Below, in pieces: positions 60,001-64,000 of a DNA stretch of 64,000 bases. Numbering within the stretch: position 1 is the first letter of the stretch; the number at the start of each line of letters is the position of its first letter. Position numbers and translations under genes: made by a program. The notes under the pieces were generated by a model. That model saw only the letters and a program-made list of their open reading frames with translations. It had not been told where the DNA came from and ran no database searches. Origin of the DNA: Paragordius varius (taxonomy: Eukaryota; Animalia; Nematomorpha); assembly GCA_964247055.1 (NCBI GenBank), contig OZ176056.1, positions 6,138,001-6,202,000 of the forward strand, given 5' to 3'.

Positions 60001-60898
60001 CAGGGCTTGGAACCGGAATCTGAACCGCATGGAACCGCCGGTTCCTGGGATTATAATAAGAACCGGTACCATTAGTATGGAACCGACGCGGACCCAGTTC
60101 CAATTCTCCAGGAACCCGGTACCGATTTTAAAATTTCAGGAATCACCCCGGTTCTATCTATAAAGTTTTAGGAACCAACCCAGTTCCGGTTCCACCCCCT
60201 TAATTGCTGGTTCCCATATGATTTTATTATAAAAGTTTTATTATTATTTGAATTTGATTGTAACACTACAAAACATTGCAACATACTTCAAACCTAAAAT
60301 TAAGTATCTAATATTAGCGATACTCTTTGAATTATGGACGATTCGGGTCTTTTAAACTAAGTCATAACTGAAGTTTATTTATAATTCATATTATTTATAG
60401 GTCTCCGTTGAAAGGAAATTTTCACCCTTAATTTTCCATTTTCAGCTTGAGAAGCAGAGCGAATTGATTGGTGCAATAATTTTTTTTATTTAAATAAAGT
60501 TTTTTAGATGCCACACTTAATTTAACTCTCATTTTATGCCTTATACTTATACATTTTCCTATTATATTTTAATAATTTATTTCAATTATGCTACACTATA
60601 TTTCTATCAGTAAACATTTGGCAATTCATAATAAATTGTTTGATTTAATTTTGTTGTTTTATTATATAATTTTGTGAATTATTTAATAAAAGTCAGGAAC
60701 TGAAAATGGAACCGGTTCTAAGTGTAAAAACTGGTTCCAGAACCTCTAAATTTTTAAAAAACCAAGGCGGTTCCGGTTACAAAATTTCAGGAACCGTCTA
60801 GTTCTATTTCTTCTTAGAACCAACGCGGTTCTGGTTCCACTTGTTTAGGAACCGACCCGGTCCCTGTTCAACTTTTTTTGAACCGGTTCCAAGCCCAA
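60001..60898. mobile_element. hAT-type MITE with subterminal GGAACCG/CGGTTCC repeats
   Basis: TIRs CAGGGCTTGGAACCGG / CCGGTTCCAAGCCCAA. 8-bp TSD TTATATTA/TTATCTTA (7/8 match). Clusters of GAACC/GGTTC motifs occur at both ends. Confidence 0.88.
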
Positions 60899-61524
60899 TT
60901 ATCTTAATTCCATTTTGTTTGGATCAAAAAAGTTTTATCCATAATAAGAAACACAATTATGCAGTCAAAAGTAGCTTTTTTCATTCCGTTTTATTAAAAA
61001 ATGTTGCCTTTGGTTGAAAAATGTTTCTTTTGACAGAAAAATATTACTATAACTATTATATGTTAACATTAGTAAAACTAATAATTTTTAAGATAATGGA
61101 AAAAAAATATAATGAGTTTCTAAGCTCATTCAAAACTCTTAGAACTTTTAAGGGCTTTTAACATTATGTTTTTAATCATTATCATACTTCATATAATAGT
61201 TTTGCATAAAGGGCAATGAATTTCCAGACAAAGCTTTAAAAAATTTGAGAGGTTTGGACTATTATTGAAGTAGTTAGCAAAATGATAGATATTTCTTATC
61301 TAAATTTCAAGGTCTTCAAAAGTTTACAAATACCTTTTAAAAGGCATAGCCTTATAAAAATATAGGCGAATGTATGAAATATATTTTTTCTCAAATTTTT
61401 GGCTAAAACGAAGCGTAATTTTTAATTTTCTTCACAAATCTTAATATCTTCTAATCTTCTAATGCGATATATTTACTTAATAATATAAAGTTTGCGCTAT
61501 CATAATAATATTTATCATTTAAAT

Positions 61525-61780
61525 TACCATTTTTCAGTCAAAACTACACTTTTTCAACCAAACGCAACACCTTTTTAAGCAAAAGCACTTGTTATCAAGC
61601 AAACACGACATTTTTGCTCCGTATGGTTGGAAAATACTGCGTTCACTTGAAAAAATATTGCGTTTGAAAAATGTTTCTCTTGAAAAAGTTGTGTTTGCAT
61701 AAAAAAATGTTCTGCGTTTGGATAAAAAAATGTTGCTTTTAGTTTAAATAATGATGCTTATGACTAAAAAACAGTTTATA
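61525..61780. mobile_element. MITE family F3 copy
   Basis: Starts TACCATTTTTCAGTC, followed by inverted arrays of the TGTTGCGTTTG 21-mer. Confidence 0.6.
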
Positions 61781-62540
61781 ATTATAAATCCTAATATTAT
61801 GTTAGGCTGTGGTATTTAACAAAAATTACATGGTTTTAATATGAATTTGTGTTAAATATTACAAAAAGATTTTATATATAAATAAGCAAATACATAAATA
61901 ATTCCTCATATATTACAAAAATTCAAAATTGTTTCAAGTTTTGTGAAATATTTATTGTGAATATCAAAAATCTATATATACCAATTTCTCCGAAACAGAT
62001 AACATACACTGTTAAAATTGTCCATATAGTAAATGGATGTTTTAGAATGCAAATCCAATACATGGTTATTTTCGAATATATTATTTTTTAAGAAACGATG
62101 TTAAATAACCTTGTTTATTAGTATAGGTATAACTTAAAATCGCTATAGTATACAAATATAAGTAAGGTCAGAAAAAACTAATATGTTTTAATTGTAATTT
62201 AAAATGAATTTTAAAATACCAGACTTATTAAACAAATACAATTTTGAATATTTTTCAAAGTTTGGTCAAAATGTATTCGTATTATATATAACATTTATAG
62301 TTTTATTATATTTATAAAAGAAATTTTAAATATTATTTATAAAGCGATTCCAATTTTATCATATAATATAATTGATACTCAACATGATATAGTAATGCTT
62401 TTGCGGAACTGATTTCTAGGACTTATCCGTAGTCTTTTTACATTAAAAAGAAATACCATAAGAAATTTTAAAACTTTTACAATATTTTAGAAAGTTACTT
62501 TCTGAATCTGTTTTTTATTTTATAAATATTTCAGATCTAA

Positions 62541-63690
62541 GAGTGTGCGTCCAAAATAGGGATTAAAAAATAAAATTTAATGAACCATATATCATTCGAT
62601 AATGCCTCATTATAATCAATAACTAAACGATACATGCGGTTAAAACACTAAAAAATGTTATTTTAATGTTTCTGTTATTAACCAAAATCAAAAAAACGCA
62701 TTTTTATATATTAGGTCAAATGATACAATAATTTAAATTACGTCATCTATATTTAATCAAATATAGCATAAATTCTAGAAAAATATTATTTTACACTTTT
62801 TCCGAAGGTCCCAGAAAGATTTACAAGAATATAAGAAAAAAATCGAACTTAAGCATCAATTTTGAATCATTAAGTTATTAATATGCGGTAAAAGATTTAA
62901 ATTTTTATAAAAACGATCATGTATAGATTAGAAGTTACCCAATATATCGCCTTAAAAACAAGTCTTATATTAAAAATTTCGATAATTTCCACGAAAGCGG
63001 AGACTGCATATCAAAACATTTAATATACTATTATAAATAAATACCTTTTCTATACATTTCGATGCAGAAAATGGGATCTATCATCTCAGGTTTTACCAAT
63101 TTTATTAATCGAAAATCTTGATTATATATTTTTATCTCCATTTTGACTTTTAGTTCAGGCTTTAAGCATAAAAATTCCCTAAATCAAAGTCTAGGAAGAT
63201 CATTTTTTTGGCATTGTTGTATGGAAAAGTATATATATTATATTTAATTGAATATTTTGTTAAATTTATACGCAGCTTCCGCTTGCGTGCAAATTAACAA
63301 AAAAATTTCTTTTTTTATGAAACCTAAATTTTTTAATGTGATAATTTAATAAACTCTATATAAGTTAGTATATTGTTTTAATAGAATTAAATATTTTACT
63401 GAATATTTACAAATTTTTATGATTCAAATTTGAGTGCGATTTTTAGCTTATTATCTCGTAAATCGTTCTGGGACACTCGGATAAAGCGTGAAAATTCTTT
63501 TGTTAATATTTCTATGTTGATTAAAAATAAAATTTAGTTTACGAATTTTCATCTTTTGTAATTATTTTATTTGACCTGATATGCGATAAAAATGCTTGGC
63601 TTTGGCAAATTATAAAAAATTAATATAATTTTTTTCTAGTATTTTAACTGCAATTATTATGAAGCTTTAGCTATCGAATTGATATTAAAA
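62541..63690. mobile_element. Second copy of the long-TIR foldback at 38799-40036
   Basis: Collinear with 38800-40000 (TGAACCATATATCATTCGAT, TATTAGGTCAAA, GCAGCTTCCGC) and itself palindromic. Confidence 0.75.
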
Positions 63691-64000
63691 CTAATGCAAA
63701 TAACTATTTAATTATAATTATTATAAAAATTTTATTCTTAAAGTTAGGCAGGTATTTTTGTTAGAGCCTTAAGGTGGATTTATTATAAAAAGACTCTTTT
63801 TCAAAGTTTCACATAATTCATTCCAATTAAAACTAACTGCTATTAGAGGAATATTTTTGTTTTAAACGTAGCGACGTTAAGGTCAAATGAAAATAAAGAA
63901 GAATTCGATTCATTCTATGTTAAACCTTTAAACATTGACCCATTTAAAGGTAGATGAAACACATTTAGATAGAAAATAAAATGCAAATAATGGTCGAGAA

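Overview
AT-rich eukaryotic (most likely animal) genomic DNA using the standard genetic code. Spliceosomal micro-introns of 23-29 nt coexist with kb-size introns packed with transposons. Two conserved housekeeping genes could be fully reconstructed by hand: MRPL47 (3 exons, 221 aa) and DDX41/abstrakt (15 exons, 623 aa). DDX41 intron 10 holds an antisense tRNA-Gly(TCC). The right 60% of the window hides two tandem paralogous multi-exon genes on the minus strand (about 26.1-41.3 kb and 52.3-59.6 kb). They share exon phases, cysteines and N-glycosylation sequons, belong to no family I recognise, and appear only as fragments in the ORF track. The rest is a dense mobilome. It includes several RTE-clade LINEs: a young one with an HDV-like ribozyme fold at its 5' end and C-terminal C2H2 fingers, one family with a PHD finger inside the RT, and one with a 5' inversion. 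It also includes hAT elements (one carrying an uninterrupted RT-PHD ORF), non-autonomous Helitrons with ~160-bp internal satellite arrays, and several long-palindrome/foldback families, three of which use unrelated 21-bp subterminal arrays. All alignments were made by eye; identities and repeat boundaries are approximate unless exact termini are quoted.
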